From Vicinamibacteria bacterium (GTDB lineage Bacteria; Acidobacteriota; Vicinamibacteria; Marinacidobacterales; Marinacidobacteraceae), in the NCBI GenBank assembly GCA_965199715.1, contig CBDATA010000001.1, positions 244,412-308,411 on the forward strand: a stretch of DNA of 64,000 nucleotides, written 5' to 3'. Shown here piece after piece: positions 33,684 through 44,261 of this stretch. The notes beneath the pieces are model-generated. The model did no database searches. It was not told where the DNA came from and was given only the letters and a program-made list of their open reading frames with translations. Position 1 is the stretch's first letter. Every line of letters begins with the position of its first letter. The translations under genes and the position numbers were made by a program.

Positions 33684-35218
33684 GCGACCTCTTCCGCGCC
33701 GCGCGCCCGGCCCCGCCCCGGCCCAAGCCGGTTTTCCAGCGCGGGTCGGCGGAGGCGCCGTGGTCCGTGGACAAGCTGAGCGAGCGCATCGCCCGCGTGC
33801 TCGGCTCCGGCTTCCCGGGGCGCATCTGGGTCGAGGGCGAGCTCTCGCGCATCACCCGGCACCGGAACGGCGCGGCGTACCTGAGCCTCCAGGAGGGACG
33901 CGCCGTCCTCGAGGCGGTCGCCTGGAGCGAGGCGGCGCGCCGGCTGCCGGACGGCCTGCGCCAGGGCGATCAGGTGCGCGTCCTCGGGTCGGTGCGCACC
34001 TGGAAGGGCAGCAGCCGCTACCAGATCCAGGTCGAGCGGGTGGAGCGGGCCGGGCTCGGCCAGTTGCTCCAGCAGCTCAAGGAGCTCGAAATCCAGCTCG
34101 CTCGCGAGGGCCTTTTCTCCGATGCGCGCAAGCGCCCGCTTCCCCGGGCGCCGCTGCGGGTCGGCCTCCTCGCGTCGCGCGGCAGCGACGGCTGGCGGGA
34201 CTTCATCGACACGGCCCGGCGGCGCTTTCCCCGCGTCGAGATCCTCTCGTGGCACAGCCTCGTCCAGGGGCCGCGCGCTCCCAGGGAGCTGGTCCACGGC
34301 CTGCGGCAGCTCGCCCGCGCCGAGCCGGACATGATCGTCATCACCCGGGGCGGCGGATCGTTCGAGGACCTGCTCGCCTTCAGCGACGAGGCGGTGGTCC
34401 GCGCCGCGGCCGCCTGCCCGATCCCGGTCGTGAGCGCGATCGGGCATGACGCCGACCGTCCGCTCCTCGACCAGGCCGCCGACGTCCGCGCGAAGACCCC
34501 GACCGCCGCCGCCGAAGAGAACGTCCCGGACCTGCGCGACCTGCTCGGCGAGCTCGACCACGCGCGCCAGTCCGCGGGCCGCGCCGCCGAGCTCCGGCTG
34601 GACCGGGCGCGGCGCGGGCTTGCGGCCCGGGCGACGCACCGGGGCCTCGCGGCGCTCGCCGCCCGGATCCGCGACGACCGGACCCGGATCGCGGCCGCCC
34701 GGCAGGCGGCGACCGACGCGGCCCGCCGGCGCCTCGACCGGGCCGCGGCCGCGTGGCGCGAGCGGGGCGAAGGACTCGCGGCGCGGCACCCGGGCGAGCG
34801 TCTCGAACGCCGCAAGCGGGCCGTCGCCGCGCTTCGCGACCGGATTGGCGCCCTCGACCCGGTCGGATCGCGCTGGCGGCGGCTCCCCGGCCTCGCCGCC
34901 CGGATCTCTCCGGACCGCTTGCTGCGGCGGATCGAGGCGGCGCGCCGCGACGCGGCCCGGGACGCCGAGCGGGCCCGCTCCGCCGCGACCCGCTCGTTCG
35001 ACGGCGCCCGCGCCCGCGCCGAACGCTGGGGCGAGCGGGTGCGCGGCCGGAACCCGCTGCTCGTGCTCCAGCGGGGATACAGTCTCGCCCTCGACGCGGA
35101 GGGGCGGGTGCTCCGCTCGTCCGCGCAGGTGGCCGACGGCGACGCGATCCGCGTCCGGCTGGCCGAGGGCGGACTGGACGCCCGCGTCCTCAAGCGTCAC
35201 GAACAGGTGCCGGAATGA
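33680..35218 (+). CDS. xseA: Exodeoxyribonuclease VII large subunit
   Basis: WVEGELS, RGGGSFEDL, SAIGH, TPTAAAE and NPL.VLQRGYS motifs. Confidence 0.95.
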   Translation: MSDLFRAARPAPPRPKPVFQRGSAEAPWSVDKLSERIARVLGSGFPGRIWVEGELSRITRHRNGAAYLSLQEGRAVLEAVAWSEAARRLPDGLRQGDQVRVLGSVRTWKGSSRYQIQVERVERAGLGQLLQQLKELEIQLAREGLFSDARKRPLPRAPLRVGLLASRGSDGWRDFIDTARRRFPRVEILSWHSLVQGPRAPRELVHGLRQLARAEPDMIVITRGGGSFEDLLAFSDEAVVRAAAACPIPVVSAIGHDADRPLLDQAADVRAKTPTAAAEENVPDLRDLLGELDHARQSAGRAAELRLDRARRGLAARATHRGLAALAARIRDDRTRIAAARQAATDAARRRLDRAAAAWRERGEGLAARHPGERLERRKRAVAALRDRIGALDPVGSRWRRLPGLAARISPDRLLRRIEAARRDAARDAERARSAATRSFDGARARAERWGERVRGRNPLLVLQRGYSLALDAEGRVLRSSAQVADGDAIRVRLAEGGLDARVLKRHEQVPE

Positions 35219-35625
35219 ACGAAACGCCCCCCTACGAAGCGCTGGAGACGGAGCTCGACGAAACCCTCGAGAAGCTGGAGAGCCCGGGCATCCAGTTGGA
35301 GGAGCGCCTGCGGCTCCACAACCGGGCCACCGTGCTCTACGGATCGCTCGAGACCCGGCTGACCGAGGCGCGCACCGAGCTGGAGCGCGGCGCCCCCGAG
35401 CCGCCCGGAGATCCCGAGTCCGAGACCTACGAGGCGCTCAGCGCCCGGCTCGAGCGGACCGTGGAAGCCATGGAGGGCGACGACCTGCCGCTCCGGAAGT
35501 CGCTCGAGCTCCGGCGCGAGGCGCTGCTCCTCGCCGCGCGCTGCGAGCGGATCCTCGAGAGCGCCAGCGGGCGCATCCGCAACCTCGACCGCCCCGAGGA
35601 AGACCGCGATGACGCTCCCTTCTGA
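35215..35625 (+). CDS. xseB: Exodeoxyribonuclease VII small subunit, tandem two-domain form
   Basis: Lies between xseA and ispA; two XseB-like repeats (YEALETELDETLEKLE.. and YEALSARLERTVEAME..) in one 136-aa ORF. Confidence 0.8.
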   Translation: MNETPPYEALETELDETLEKLESPGIQLEERLRLHNRATVLYGSLETRLTEARTELERGAPEPPGDPESETYEALSARLERTVEAMEGDDLPLRKSLELRREALLLAARCERILESASGRIRNLDRPEEDRDDAPF

Positions 35626-36517
35626 GGCGGAAGAACTCGAGCGATTCCTCGCCGCGTGCGCGAGGGACGTCGAGGCGCGCCTCGACGCGGCGCTGCCGGA
35701 CGACGACGAGCTCGGCGCCGCGATGCGGCACGCGACCCTCGCCGGCGGAAAGCGCATCCGCCCGGCGCTCGCCGTCGCTTCGGCGAGGTGCGTCGGCGGC
35801 GCGCCCGGCGGCGCGCTCGCCGCGGCCGCCGCGGTCGAGCTGATCCACACCTATTCGCTCATCCACGACGACCTGCCGTGCATGGACGACGACGACCTGC
35901 GCCGCGGCAAGCCGACCGTCCACGTCCAGTACGGGGAGGCGCTGGCGGTGCTCGCCGGCGACGCGCTCCAGGCCCTCGCCTTCGAGCAGTTGGCCGACGC
36001 GCCGGGACTCTCGGCCGAAGTCCGGATCGCCTGCGTCAAGCGGCTCGGGGCCGCGTCGGGCGCCGGCGCCCTCGTCGGGGGGCAGGCGGCGGACCTGCGC
36101 GCGGAGACCCATCCCGTCGGGCGCGAGGAACTGGAATCGATCCACCGCCGCAAGACCGGGGCGCTCCTCGGCGCCTCCGCCGCGCTCGGCGGCCTGTCCG
36201 GCGGAGGCTCCCCGAAGGCCGTGGACGCCCTCGAGGCGTTCGGTCGGGAGATCGGACTCGTCTTCCAGATCGTGGACGACCTCCTCGACGAGGAAGCGAC
36301 GAGCGCGGACCTCGGCAAGCGGGCCGGCAAGGACCGCTCCGCCGGGAAGGCCACCTATCCGCGCCTCGCCGGCCTCGAAGCGGCGCGGGCGGAGGCCGGA
36401 TCCCGCGCCGAAGCCGCCCGGAGCCGGCTCGTCGCCGACCTCGGCTCCGGCGCCGACCCCGACGGCCTGCGGCTGCTCCAACTGCTCGCGAACCGCATCC
36501 TCGAGCGGCGGGCCTGA
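35609..36517 (+). CDS. ispA: Farnesyl/geranylgeranyl diphosphate synthase
   Basis: GGKRIRP, HDDLPCMDDDDLRRG, GQAAD, KTG and FQIVDD motifs. Confidence 0.95.
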   Translation: MTLPSEAEELERFLAACARDVEARLDAALPDDDELGAAMRHATLAGGKRIRPALAVASARCVGGAPGGALAAAAAVELIHTYSLIHDDLPCMDDDDLRRGKPTVHVQYGEALAVLAGDALQALAFEQLADAPGLSAEVRIACVKRLGAASGAGALVGGQAADLRAETHPVGREELESIHRRKTGALLGASAALGGLSGGGSPKAVDALEAFGREIGLVFQIVDDLLDEEATSADLGKRAGKDRSAGKATYPRLAGLEAARAEAGSRAEAARSRLVADLGSGADPDGLRLLQLLANRILERRA

Positions 36518-36518
36518 C

Positions 36519-37463
36519 GTGCCGGCTCCGGCCGAATTCGCCATCCCCGCCGGGGAGATCCCGCGGATCGGAGTCGCGGCGAAGCTGAGCGCCCCCGACG
36601 CGGTCGAGACCGCGGGCGGCCTCGTCGAGTGGCTCGCCGCGCACGGCGCGGAGACCGCCGTCGAGGACCGACTCGCCCGGCTCATGGACCACCGGGGCGC
36701 GGTCGCCGCCCAGGAGGAGCTCGGCGACGGCCGGCACTTCGTCGTCGTTCTCGGCGGCGACGGCACGCTGCTCTCCGTGGCGCGGGCTCTCGGGGTTCGC
36801 CAGAAGCCCCTCTTCGGGGTGAACCTCGGCAGTCTCGGGTTCCTGACCAAGGCTCCGCTGGACCAGCTCTATGAGGGGCTCGGGAGGATCCTCGGCGGGA
36901 AGTCCTCGCTCGACCGGCGCACCACGCTCGCGGTCGCGGTTCGCCGCGACGGGGCCGTCGTCCGGGAGGAGGTCGCGATCAACGACGTGGTGGTCACCGG
37001 GGGCGCCGTGGCGCGCGTGGTGCAAGTACGCGTAGCCACGGCGCAGGGGTTCGTCGCGACCATCCTCGGCGACGGGGTCATCGTGGCCACGCCGACCGGC
37101 TCCACGGCCTACAGCCTCGGGGCCGGCGGACCGGTGGTGCACCCCGCCGTGGAGGCGATCATCCTGGCCCCCATCGTTCCGCTCACCCTGACCCAACGCC
37201 CGATGGTCTTCCCCGACAACGAGGAGCTCACGTTGACGCTGCGGGGGCGGCGCGAGCCGGTCCACGTCACCTTCGACGGCCAGGCGAGCCAGCCGCTTCG
37301 CGCCGGCGACGCGATCACCGTGCGGCGATCCCCGGTCCAACTCCAGTTGCTCAGTCCGCCGGGCACGAACTACTTCCGGGTCTTGCGGAAGAAGCTGCTC
37401 TGGAGCGCCCTGCCCCCGAAGCGGCGGCCCGGCGTTCCCCCGACCCCTCCCGAGAAGCCGTGA
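36519..37463 (+). CDS. nadK: NAD+ kinase
   Basis: GGDGT, NLGSLGFL, ND and TPTGSTAYSL motifs. Confidence 0.95.
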   Translation: MPAPAEFAIPAGEIPRIGVAAKLSAPDAVETAGGLVEWLAAHGAETAVEDRLARLMDHRGAVAAQEELGDGRHFVVVLGGDGTLLSVARALGVRQKPLFGVNLGSLGFLTKAPLDQLYEGLGRILGGKSSLDRRTTLAVAVRRDGAVVREEVAINDVVVTGGAVARVVQVRVATAQGFVATILGDGVIVATPTGSTAYSLGAGGPVVHPAVEAIILAPIVPLTLTQRPMVFPDNEELTLTLRGRREPVHVTFDGQASQPLRAGDAITVRRSPVQLQLLSPPGTNYFRVLRKKLLWSALPPKRRPGVPPTPPEKP

Positions 37464-38377
37464 GACGCGTCCTCCTCGCGCTCGCGCTCCTGGTCGGCTG
37501 CGGGAGCGAGACCGTGACGGTTCCCCCGGCCCCGCCGCCGCCGCCCGATCCGCCGGGGCCCGACCTGCCCGCCGATCCCGACGCGCTGTTCCTCGAGGTC
37601 CGGCTGGAGGGCGGCTTCGCGCCGCTCGAACACCTGATCGGGCGCCCGCCGGTCCTCGCGCTCACGGTCGGGGGCGACCTGTACTACGAGGGGCCGCAGA
37701 TCGAGATCTGGCCGCCGCCGCTCCTGCCGTCGATGATCCGGACCGAGCTCCCGCCGGCGTTGGGCGCCGTCGTCATCGGGACCGCGGTAGCCGCCGGCCT
37801 GCCCGAAGCGGACGACGATCTCATCGTCCAGCCGGGCGGTCCCACCGACCAGCCCACGTGGATCTTCATCTTCCGCGATGCGGACGGCGAGCGCCGCATC
37901 CGCGTGTCGGGCTTCTACGCGCCGACGGACGTGGACCCCCGGGTCCCCCTCCTCCGGGAGCTTCTCGACGCGCTCTTCGCGCGGACCGCCGAGCTGCCGG
38001 GCGAGCCGTACCGGGGCGACCGGATCCAGGCGTTCGTCAGCCGCGACGACCGCCCGAGCGACGACGAGTACCGCCATGTCCTCCCGTGGCCGCTGCCCGA
38101 GCCCCCGCCGCCGCCAGGCGCCGCGGAGTTCGAGTGCCGGATCCACGAGGGCGAAGCCGCCGTCGTCGCGCTCGAGGCCTTCGCCGGCGCGAACTTCGAG
38201 ACCCGGTGGGACCATGAGGGCGACGTCCGGATGATCGTCCCGCGGCCGCTCATCCCGGCCGAGCCCGGCTGCGAACCCCGAGGATCCGGCCGAGGAACCG
38301 CCGGGTCCGTTCGTCCTTCGGGTTCTCGAAGAACTCGGCGGGCGGCGCCGCCTCGACCACCGCGCCCTCGTCCATGA
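37460..38377 (+). CDS. Hypothetical lipoprotein with Pro-rich linker
   Basis: [14 protein letters not shown] lipobox; the 3' end overlaps the convergent ABC ATPase gene. Confidence 0.6.
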   Translation: MRRVLLALALLVGCGSETVTVPPAPPPPPDPPGPDLPADPDALFLEVRLEGGFAPLEHLIGRPPVLALTVGGDLYYEGPQIEIWPPPLLPSMIRTELPPALGAVVIGTAVAAGLPEADDDLIVQPGGPTDQPTWIFIFRDADGERRIRVSGFYAPTDVDPRVPLLRELLDALFARTAELPGEPYRGDRIQAFVSRDDRPSDDEYRHVLPWPLPEPPPPPGAAEFECRIHEGEAAVVALEAFAGANFETRWDHEGDVRMIVPRPLIPAEPGCEPRGSGRGTAGSVRPSGSRRTRRAAPPRPPRPRP

Positions 38378-39011
38378 ACGCGACCCGGTCGGCGACGGTG
38401 CGGGCGAAGCCCATCTCGTGGGTCACGACGATCATGGTCATCCCGGTGCTCGCCAGATCGTTCATCACGTCGAGCACCTCCTGGATCATCACCGGGTCCA
38501 GCGCCGAGGTGGGCTCGTCGAAGAGCATGGCCCGGGGCCGCATGGCGAGCGAGCGGGCGATCGCGGCGCGCTGCTGCTGGCCCCCGGAGAGCTGACGCGG
38601 GTACTTCCCCGCCTGCTCGGGGATCCGGACCCGCTCGAGGAACTCGAGCGCCCGCTCCCGCGCCTCCTCGCGCGAAAGGCCGAGCACCCGCACCGGGCCG
38701 AGCATGCAGTTGTCCAGCACGGTGAGGTGGGGGAACAGGTTGAACTCCTGAAACACCATTCCGATCTCGCGCCGCACCCGGGCGAGGTCGCGCGCCCCCG
38801 GGCGCAGCTCGCGCCCGGCGAACGCGATCCGCCCCTCGTCGTGCTCCTCGAGCCGGTTGACGCAGCGGATGAGCGTGGACTTGCCCGAACCCGACGGGCC
38901 GCACACGACGACCTTCTCCCCCTCGGCCACGCTCAGGCTGGCGCCCCGCAGCGCGCGGAAGTCCCCGAACCGCTTGTGGACCCCCTCGATCTCGATCAGC
39001 GGCGCGGCCAT
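38250..39011 (-). CDS. Polar amino acid ABC transporter ATP-binding protein
   Basis: [26 protein letters not shown] and VTHEM motifs. Confidence 0.95.
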   Translation of the reverse strand: MAAPLIEIEGVHKRFGDFRALRGASLSVAEGEKVVVCGPSGSGKSTLIRCVNRLEEHDEGRIAFAGRELRPGARDLARVRREIGMVFQEFNLFPHLTVLDNCMLGPVRVLGLSREEARERALEFLERVRIPEQAGKYPRQLSGGQQQRAAIARSLAMRPRAMLFDEPTSALDPVMIQEVLDVMNDLASTGMTMIVVTHEMGFARTVADRVAFMDEGAVVEAAPPAEFFENPKDERTRRFLGRILGVRSRARPG

Positions 39012-39012
39012 C

Positions 39013-39885
39013 TCAGGCTCCGGCGAGCGCGGCCCGCCGCTCGAAGCGGTCGAACAGCCGGGAAAGGAGGTAGCAGAGGCCGAAGTACAGCGCGCCGACA
39101 GTGATCCAGACTTCGAACACCCGGTTCGTCGAGACCGCGGTCTCGATCGAGAGGAAGGTCAGCTCCTGGACCGAGATGAGCGACAGGAGCGACGAGTCCT
39201 TCACCAGCGTGATGAACTGCCCGGCGAGCGGCGGCGTGACCCGGCGCAGCGCCTGCGGCAGGATCACGCGCCGCCACAACTGGGGCCGCGTCAGGCCGAT
39301 GCTGAGGCCGGCGTCGGTCTGCGTTCGGGGGATGGATTGGATCCCGGCGCGCACGATCTCGGTCATGTAGGCGCCCTGGAACATCGCGAGGCAGAAGACC
39401 CCCGAGATCACGTTGGGGATCACGGCGGCCGGACCGAACAGGAACTCGAGGACGGCGAGGGTTCCCGGCGACGCCCCCCGCACCAGCGCGTCCACGCCGA
39501 TCAGCGGCATGAGCTGGCTGCTGATGAAGAAGTAGAAGACGAAGATGAAGACGAGCGGCGGCGTGTTCCGGATCAGCTCCACGTAGGATCGGCTCAGCAG
39601 CCGCGGGAAGAGCCGCCGCCGGGTGCGCATGGTCCCGAACGCCACGCCGAGGAGCGCCGCCGGAACCACGCTCCACAGCGCGAGCCGGATCGTGGCGAGG
39701 AATCCCTGCGTCAGCAGGTTCGGGACGAGGCGTCCCTCGTCCCGGCGAAAGAAGTACTGCGGGATGACGCTCCAATCCCAGGAGTACTCGAGGACCGAGT
39801 CCACCCGGTGCCCCACGTAGGCGACCGCGGCCGCCGCGCCGAGGAGGACTGCGGCGTCGATCCACGTGAACCGCGGCCGGCTCAC
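39013..39885 (-). CDS. Polar amino acid ABC transporter permease
   Basis: [23 protein letters not shown] and KDSSL motifs; GTG start at 39885. Confidence 0.92.
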   Translation of the reverse strand: MSRPRFTWIDAAVLLGAAAAVAYVGHRVDSVLEYSWDWSVIPQYFFRRDEGRLVPNLLTQGFLATIRLALWSVVPAALLGVAFGTMRTRRRLFPRLLSRSYVELIRNTPPLVFIFVFYFFISSQLMPLIGVDALVRGASPGTLAVLEFLFGPAAVIPNVISGVFCLAMFQGAYMTEIVRAGIQSIPRTQTDAGLSIGLTRPQLWRRVILPQALRRVTPPLAGQFITLVKDSSLLSLISVQELTFLSIETAVSTNRVFEVWITVGALYFGLCYLLSRLFDRFERRAALAGA

Positions 39886-40691
39886 GATTCCGGCCGCACC
39901 CGCCCGACCCAGTCGCGGCTCTTGAACCAGTAGTCGTAGCGCTCCTCGAGCCAGCCGCTCGTGGTGTTCACGAGAATCCAGTTCGAGAAGAAGTTGAGCG
40001 CGTCGGGATCGCCCTTGCGCAGCCCGAAGGCCTCGTCGCCCTGCGAGAGGTTCTCGGTCGTGGGAAGCTCGATGAGGTCCGGGTGCTCGTGCGCCCACTC
40101 GACCGGCTGCGGGTACGAGGCGACCACCGCGTGGGCGTTGCCGTTCAGGACCTCCTGGAACGCCTGCACCTCGTCGTCGAACCGGCGCACCGTCGCGGCC
40201 GGGAAGAGCCGGTTCGCGTCGGCGCAGGAGGTCGCGCCCCGACGGCAGGTGAGCGTGACCGCCTCGTCGTCGTAGCCGCCGGGCCACTCCATGCCGGAGG
40301 TGAGCTCCCGGTGGGCCGCGATCCCCATGCCGGAGTGCGCGTAGGGAATGGTGAAGTTGATCGTGAGGTTGCGCTGGGGGCGGACGCTGAGGCCGCCGAT
40401 GATCACGTCGAACTTCCCGGCGATGAGCGCCGGGATGATCCCGTCCCACGAGGTCGGGACAAACTCGATCTCGACTCCCATGTCCTCGGCGACCTTGCGC
40501 GCCACGTCCACCTCGAACCCGACGAGCTCGCCGTTCCGGTCGCGCAGCGCCCACGGCTCGAAGGTCGAGATCCCGACCATCAGGACGCCGCGCCGCTGGA
40601 TCGTCTCGACGACGCTTTCGTGGCGCGTCGCCGGCCCGGCGCAGTGGGCGAGGGAGAGGGCCGCGAGCGCGGCCGCGAGGAACCGGATCAT
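39882..40691 (-). CDS. Polar amino acid ABC transporter substrate-binding lipoprotein
   Basis: GGAGG RBS; GFEVD, WDGIIPAL..GKFD and R...INFT.PY motifs. Confidence 0.92.
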   Translation of the reverse strand: MIRFLAAALAALSLAHCAGPATRHESVVETIQRRGVLMVGISTFEPWALRDRNGELVGFEVDVARKVAEDMGVEIEFVPTSWDGIIPALIAGKFDVIIGGLSVRPQRNLTINFTIPYAHSGMGIAAHRELTSGMEWPGGYDDEAVTLTCRRGATSCADANRLFPAATVRRFDDEVQAFQEVLNGNAHAVVASYPQPVEWAHEHPDLIELPTTENLSQGDEAFGLRKGDPDALNFFSNWILVNTTSGWLEERYDYWFKSRDWVGRVRPES

Positions 40692-40711
40692 GGGAGCCTC
40701 CCGATCGGGGG

Positions 40712-41512
40712 TCATGCGGGAACCCGCGCGCGCCGCTCCAGCCGGTTCGCGAAAACCGAGAGCGCGCAGGTCAGAGCGAGGTACATCGCCGCCACGGTGA
40801 GCCAGATCTCGAAGCTGAGGAACGTCTCGGCGATCACGTTGCGGGCCTGGTTCGTGAGGTCGAACACCGCGATCACGCTCACGATGGCCGAGTTGCGGAT
40901 CAAGGAGATGACGACCCCGGTCAGCGGCGGCAGCATCAGCGGGATCGCCTGCGGAAGGATGACGCGGCGGTGGAGGCCGACCGGCCCGAGCCCGAGCGCG
41001 AGTCCCGCCTCGCGCTGGCCTCGGGGCACGCCGAGGATCCCGGCGCGGATCACTTCGCCGGCGAACGCGCCCTCGAAGACCGAGAGCGCGAGCACGCCCA
41101 CCCAGAACCGATCGAGTCCGATGATCGGGCCGAGCACGAAGTAGAACAGGTACACCTGAATCAGCAGCGGCGTGTTGCGCGCGAGCTCCAGCCACGCCTT
41201 GGCGAGGAAGCGCCCCGAGAGCGAGTCCGACAGCCGCAGCAGCGCGGCCCCGAGCCCGATCGCGAGCGTGAGGATCGAGGCCCACGCGGCGATCTGCAGC
41301 GTCACGCCGAGCCCGCGCAGCAGGGGCCCCCATTCGAGCCCGCCGTCGCCCATTCGGACGAGGGTCTCGGGGATGCGGTGCCACTGCCAGTTGTACCCCA
41401 TGCCGCGGGCGCCGGAGACCGCGAGCGCGACCACGACGGCGGCGAAGACGAGGAACTGGACCGCGTCGAACCACGGGGCCTTCCAGAAGGGGCGGCGGGA
41501 CCGATCCGTCAT
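40712..41512 (-). CDS. Polar amino acid ABC transporter permease
   Basis: RNTPLLIQ, EVIRAGI..VPRGQREA and ILPQA motifs. Confidence 0.92.
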   Translation of the reverse strand: MTDRSRRPFWKAPWFDAVQFLVFAAVVVALAVSGARGMGYNWQWHRIPETLVRMGDGGLEWGPLLRGLGVTLQIAAWASILTLAIGLGAALLRLSDSLSGRFLAKAWLELARNTPLLIQVYLFYFVLGPIIGLDRFWVGVLALSVFEGAFAGEVIRAGILGVPRGQREAGLALGLGPVGLHRRVILPQAIPLMLPPLTGVVISLIRNSAIVSVIAVFDLTNQARNVIAETFLSFEIWLTVAAMYLALTCALSVFANRLERRARVPA

Positions 41513-41548
41513 CCCCCTCGCTCTCCCGCCGGAACGGGAGGATACCGC

Positions 41549-42436
41549 CTACGGATTGCGGACGACCCGGATGCTCACGTGGTCGCTGCGGTACACCGGC
41601 GGATCGGCGAGGAAGCGGTACGAGCAGGTGACCCGCTCGGGCGACCCGTTCCAGCCCCCGCCCCGCAGCACCCGCTCGTGGCCGCTGGACGGCCCCTGGG
41701 GATCGACGACCGGAGACTCGGGCCGGCGGACCTGCTGCGCGTACCAGTCGGCGCTCGCGTAGTCCTGGACCCACTCCCAGTTGTTCCCGGACATGTCGTG
41801 GAGGCCGAACGGGTTGGCCGGGTAGCGGTCCACCGGCGTGATGAGCGTGTGCTCGTCCCGGGGCCAGGGCTCGCCGGCGGCGCGCCACGTCGCCGAGCTG
41901 TTCAGCATCGTCGGGTCGAACGCGTCGCCCCACCAGTACCGAGTCCGCGTTCCGCCCCGGCAGGCGTACTCCCACTCGGCCTCGGTGGGAAGCCGGTACG
42001 CCCTGCCCGACTTCGCGCTCAGCCATCGGGTATAGGCGACCGCGTCGTTCCAGCTCACCTGGACGACCGGGTAGCGCTCCGGCTCGGCGACTTCGGAACC
42101 CGGGCCGTGCGGCTCGCGCCACGTGTACCCCGGGTGGTAGCTGAAGCTCCCGCCGACGAGAATCCGCCCGGTCCCGAAGGTCTCGGCCTCGGTCTCGTAG
42201 CCCGTGTCGGCGACGAACGCGGCGAATTCGGAATGGGTGGTCTCGTACTTGCCCATCCAGAAGTCGCCGACCTCGACCGCATGGAGCGGCTTTTCCTGCG
42301 CCGGACCGGCCTGCGAGCCCATGAAGAAGAGCCCGCCCTCGATCCGGACCATCTCCGGCTCGACGAAGTCGGTCTGGGCCATGGCGGGGCCGGCGGCGAG
42401 CAAGAGGGCGGACAGGGCTCGGATCACGCGACTCAT
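41549..42436 (-). CDS. SUMF1/FGE-sulfatase-fold secreted protein
   Basis: FFMGS, PVVQVSWNDA, RLPTEAEWEYACR, NPFGLHDMSGN..EW and RGGGW motifs. Confidence 0.88.
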   Translation of the reverse strand: MSRVIRALSALLLAAGPAMAQTDFVEPEMVRIEGGLFFMGSQAGPAQEKPLHAVEVGDFWMGKYETTHSEFAAFVADTGYETEAETFGTGRILVGGSFSYHPGYTWREPHGPGSEVAEPERYPVVQVSWNDAVAYTRWLSAKSGRAYRLPTEAEWEYACRGGTRTRYWWGDAFDPTMLNSSATWRAAGEPWPRDEHTLITPVDRYPANPFGLHDMSGNNWEWVQDYASADWYAQQVRRPESPVVDPQGPSSGHERVLRGGGWNGSPERVTCSYRFLADPPVYRSDHVSIRVVRNP

Positions 42437-42451
42437 CGGGAAGCCTGCGGT

Positions 42452-44251
42452 TCAGTAGCCGACCGCGTAGGCCGCGCGCCTCGGGTCGGCGCCGGCGGCC
42501 ATCGTGCCGGCGGCGAGGTTGACGAGGACGCCGTTGTTGCTGCCGAGGCCGTAGCCCGCGGTCAGCTCGGCGCGGTGCCCGAACGCCTCGAGCGCCTCGA
42601 CCGTGCCGCTGGCCATCCGGTTCTCGAGCCGGATCAGGATGTCCGCGCCCGGCGTGTAGAAGTTGGGATCGGGGAAGAGGCTCAGCCGCGGCGCCGCGAC
42701 CGCGGCCTGGATGCCCATGCCGAAGTCGAGCACGTTGAGGAGCACCTGGAACTGGGTCTGGCCGATCGTCTCGCCGCCGGGCGTGCCCACGGCGAGCAGG
42801 AAGCGCCCGTCCTTCAGGACCACGATCGGCGAGTTGTTCAGGATCGGAACCTGGCCGCCGCGGGCGTAGTTGCGGTGCGCCGGGTCGGGGGCGGTCGAGC
42901 CGATCCGGGTGCCGTTGTTGAACGTGAGGCCGGTGCCTCCCACGACCACCGCGGTTCCGAACATGCCGCCGTGCGTCGGGGTGCACGCGAGCGCGTTGCC
43001 CGCGGCGTCCACGATCGAGAAGCTCGTCGTGCTGCCGGCGAACGACGCGACCGGGTGCGCCTCGGGCGCGAGCGGGGCGTCCGTCGCCGCGAAGCCGAGG
43101 GGCTCGCCGGCGTCCGGGTACCCGCCGGCGCTTCCGGACGCGATGAGCGTCCGCCGGGACGCGGCGTAGTCGTCCGAAACCATCCCCGCGACCGGCACGT
43201 CGAACTTGGTCGGGTCGGCGACGTAGCGGTAGACGTCGGCCTTCGCGACCTTGATCGCCTCGACGATCAGGTGGAGCGCTTCGGGCGAGTTGTGACCGAG
43301 CGCGGCGAGGTCGAACCCCTCGACGAGCTTCAGCTGCATGAGCACTTCGAGCCCGCCGCGCGAGGTCGGGGGGCTGGTGAACACGTCGTAGCCGCGGTAG
43401 TTCGCGTGGACCGCGTCGGACCAGCGCGGCTCGTACGCCGCGAAGTCGTCCATCGTGAAGGCGCCGCCGTTGTCGGCGTAGAAGGCGGCCATCTCCTCGG
43501 CGACGTCGCCCCGGTAGAAGCGGTCGAAGGCGGCGCGGAGCGCTTCCTCGCGGCTCTTGCCCTCGCGCCGCGCGGCGGTCTCCGCTTCGACCGCCTTCCG
43601 GAGCGTGCGGGCGAGGTCGGGCATCTTGAAGAGCTCGCCGGCCTCGGGAAGCCGGCCCTCGGGGAGGAACATCCGCACGCTGGTCGGGAACCGCTCGAAG
43701 TCCTCGCGGGAGAGCCGGATCGCCTGCGCCACCGAGGCCTCGAGCGGATGTCCGTCGCGGGCGTAGGCGATGGCCGGGGCGAGCGTTTCGGCCAGCGTCA
43801 TGGTGCCGAAGCGCTCGAGGAGCGCGATCCAGCCGCCGAAGAGGCCGGGCACGACGCCGGCGTGGATCCCCTTGTTGAGCTGCTCCGGCTCGAGCGCCGA
43901 GGCGTCGAGCCCGAGGGGCGCGGCGCCGGCGGCGTTCAGGGAGAGCACCTGGCCGGTCGCCTTGTCGAAGTAGGTGAGGAACCCGTTCCCCGCCGCGCCG
44001 GACATCTGCGGACGCACGACGTTCAGCGTGGCGAGCGTGGCCACCGCGGCGTCGGCGGCGTTGCCTCCCGCCATCAGGATCTGGATCCCGGACATGGCCG
44101 CGAGCGGGTGGCCCGCGGTGACGAGGCCGTTCACGCCGGGCACCTCGGGCCGGTTCGCGTCGCGCCCCTCGGCGAGCTGGAGCGGATAGGCGTTTTCCTG
44201 CGCGGCGGCGGGGGCGGCGAGCATCGCCGCGACGACGAGTGCGGATCTCAT
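42452..44251 (-). CDS. ggt: Gamma-glutamyltransferase family protein
   Basis: GGNAADAA, VPG...GW, TTSFSIVD (Thr nucleophile), GTPGG and GADPRR motifs. Confidence 0.92.
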   Translation of the reverse strand: MRSALVVAAMLAAPAAAQENAYPLQLAEGRDANRPEVPGVNGLVTAGHPLAAMSGIQILMAGGNAADAAVATLATLNVVRPQMSGAAGNGFLTYFDKATGQVLSLNAAGAAPLGLDASALEPEQLNKGIHAGVVPGLFGGWIALLERFGTMTLAETLAPAIAYARDGHPLEASVAQAIRLSREDFERFPTSVRMFLPEGRLPEAGELFKMPDLARTLRKAVEAETAARREGKSREEALRAAFDRFYRGDVAEEMAAFYADNGGAFTMDDFAAYEPRWSDAVHANYRGYDVFTSPPTSRGGLEVLMQLKLVEGFDLAALGHNSPEALHLIVEAIKVAKADVYRYVADPTKFDVPVAGMVSDDYAASRRTLIASGSAGGYPDAGEPLGFAATDAPLAPEAHPVASFAGSTTSFSIVDAAGNALACTPTHGGMFGTAVVVGGTGLTFNNGTRIGSTAPDPAHRNYARGGQVPILNNSPIVVLKDGRFLLAVGTPGGETIGQTQFQVLLNVLDFGMGIQAAVAAPRLSLFPDPNFYTPGADILIRLENRMASGTVEALEAFGHRAELTAGYGLGSNNGVLVNLAAGTMAAGADPRRAAYAVGY

Positions 44252-44261
44252 GAAAATCTCC

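Noticed and set aside
38250-38377. 128-bp convergent overlap of the lipoprotein and ABC ATPase genes
   Set aside because: The tails are low-complexity extensions, probably from a lost stop codon in GC-rich DNA.
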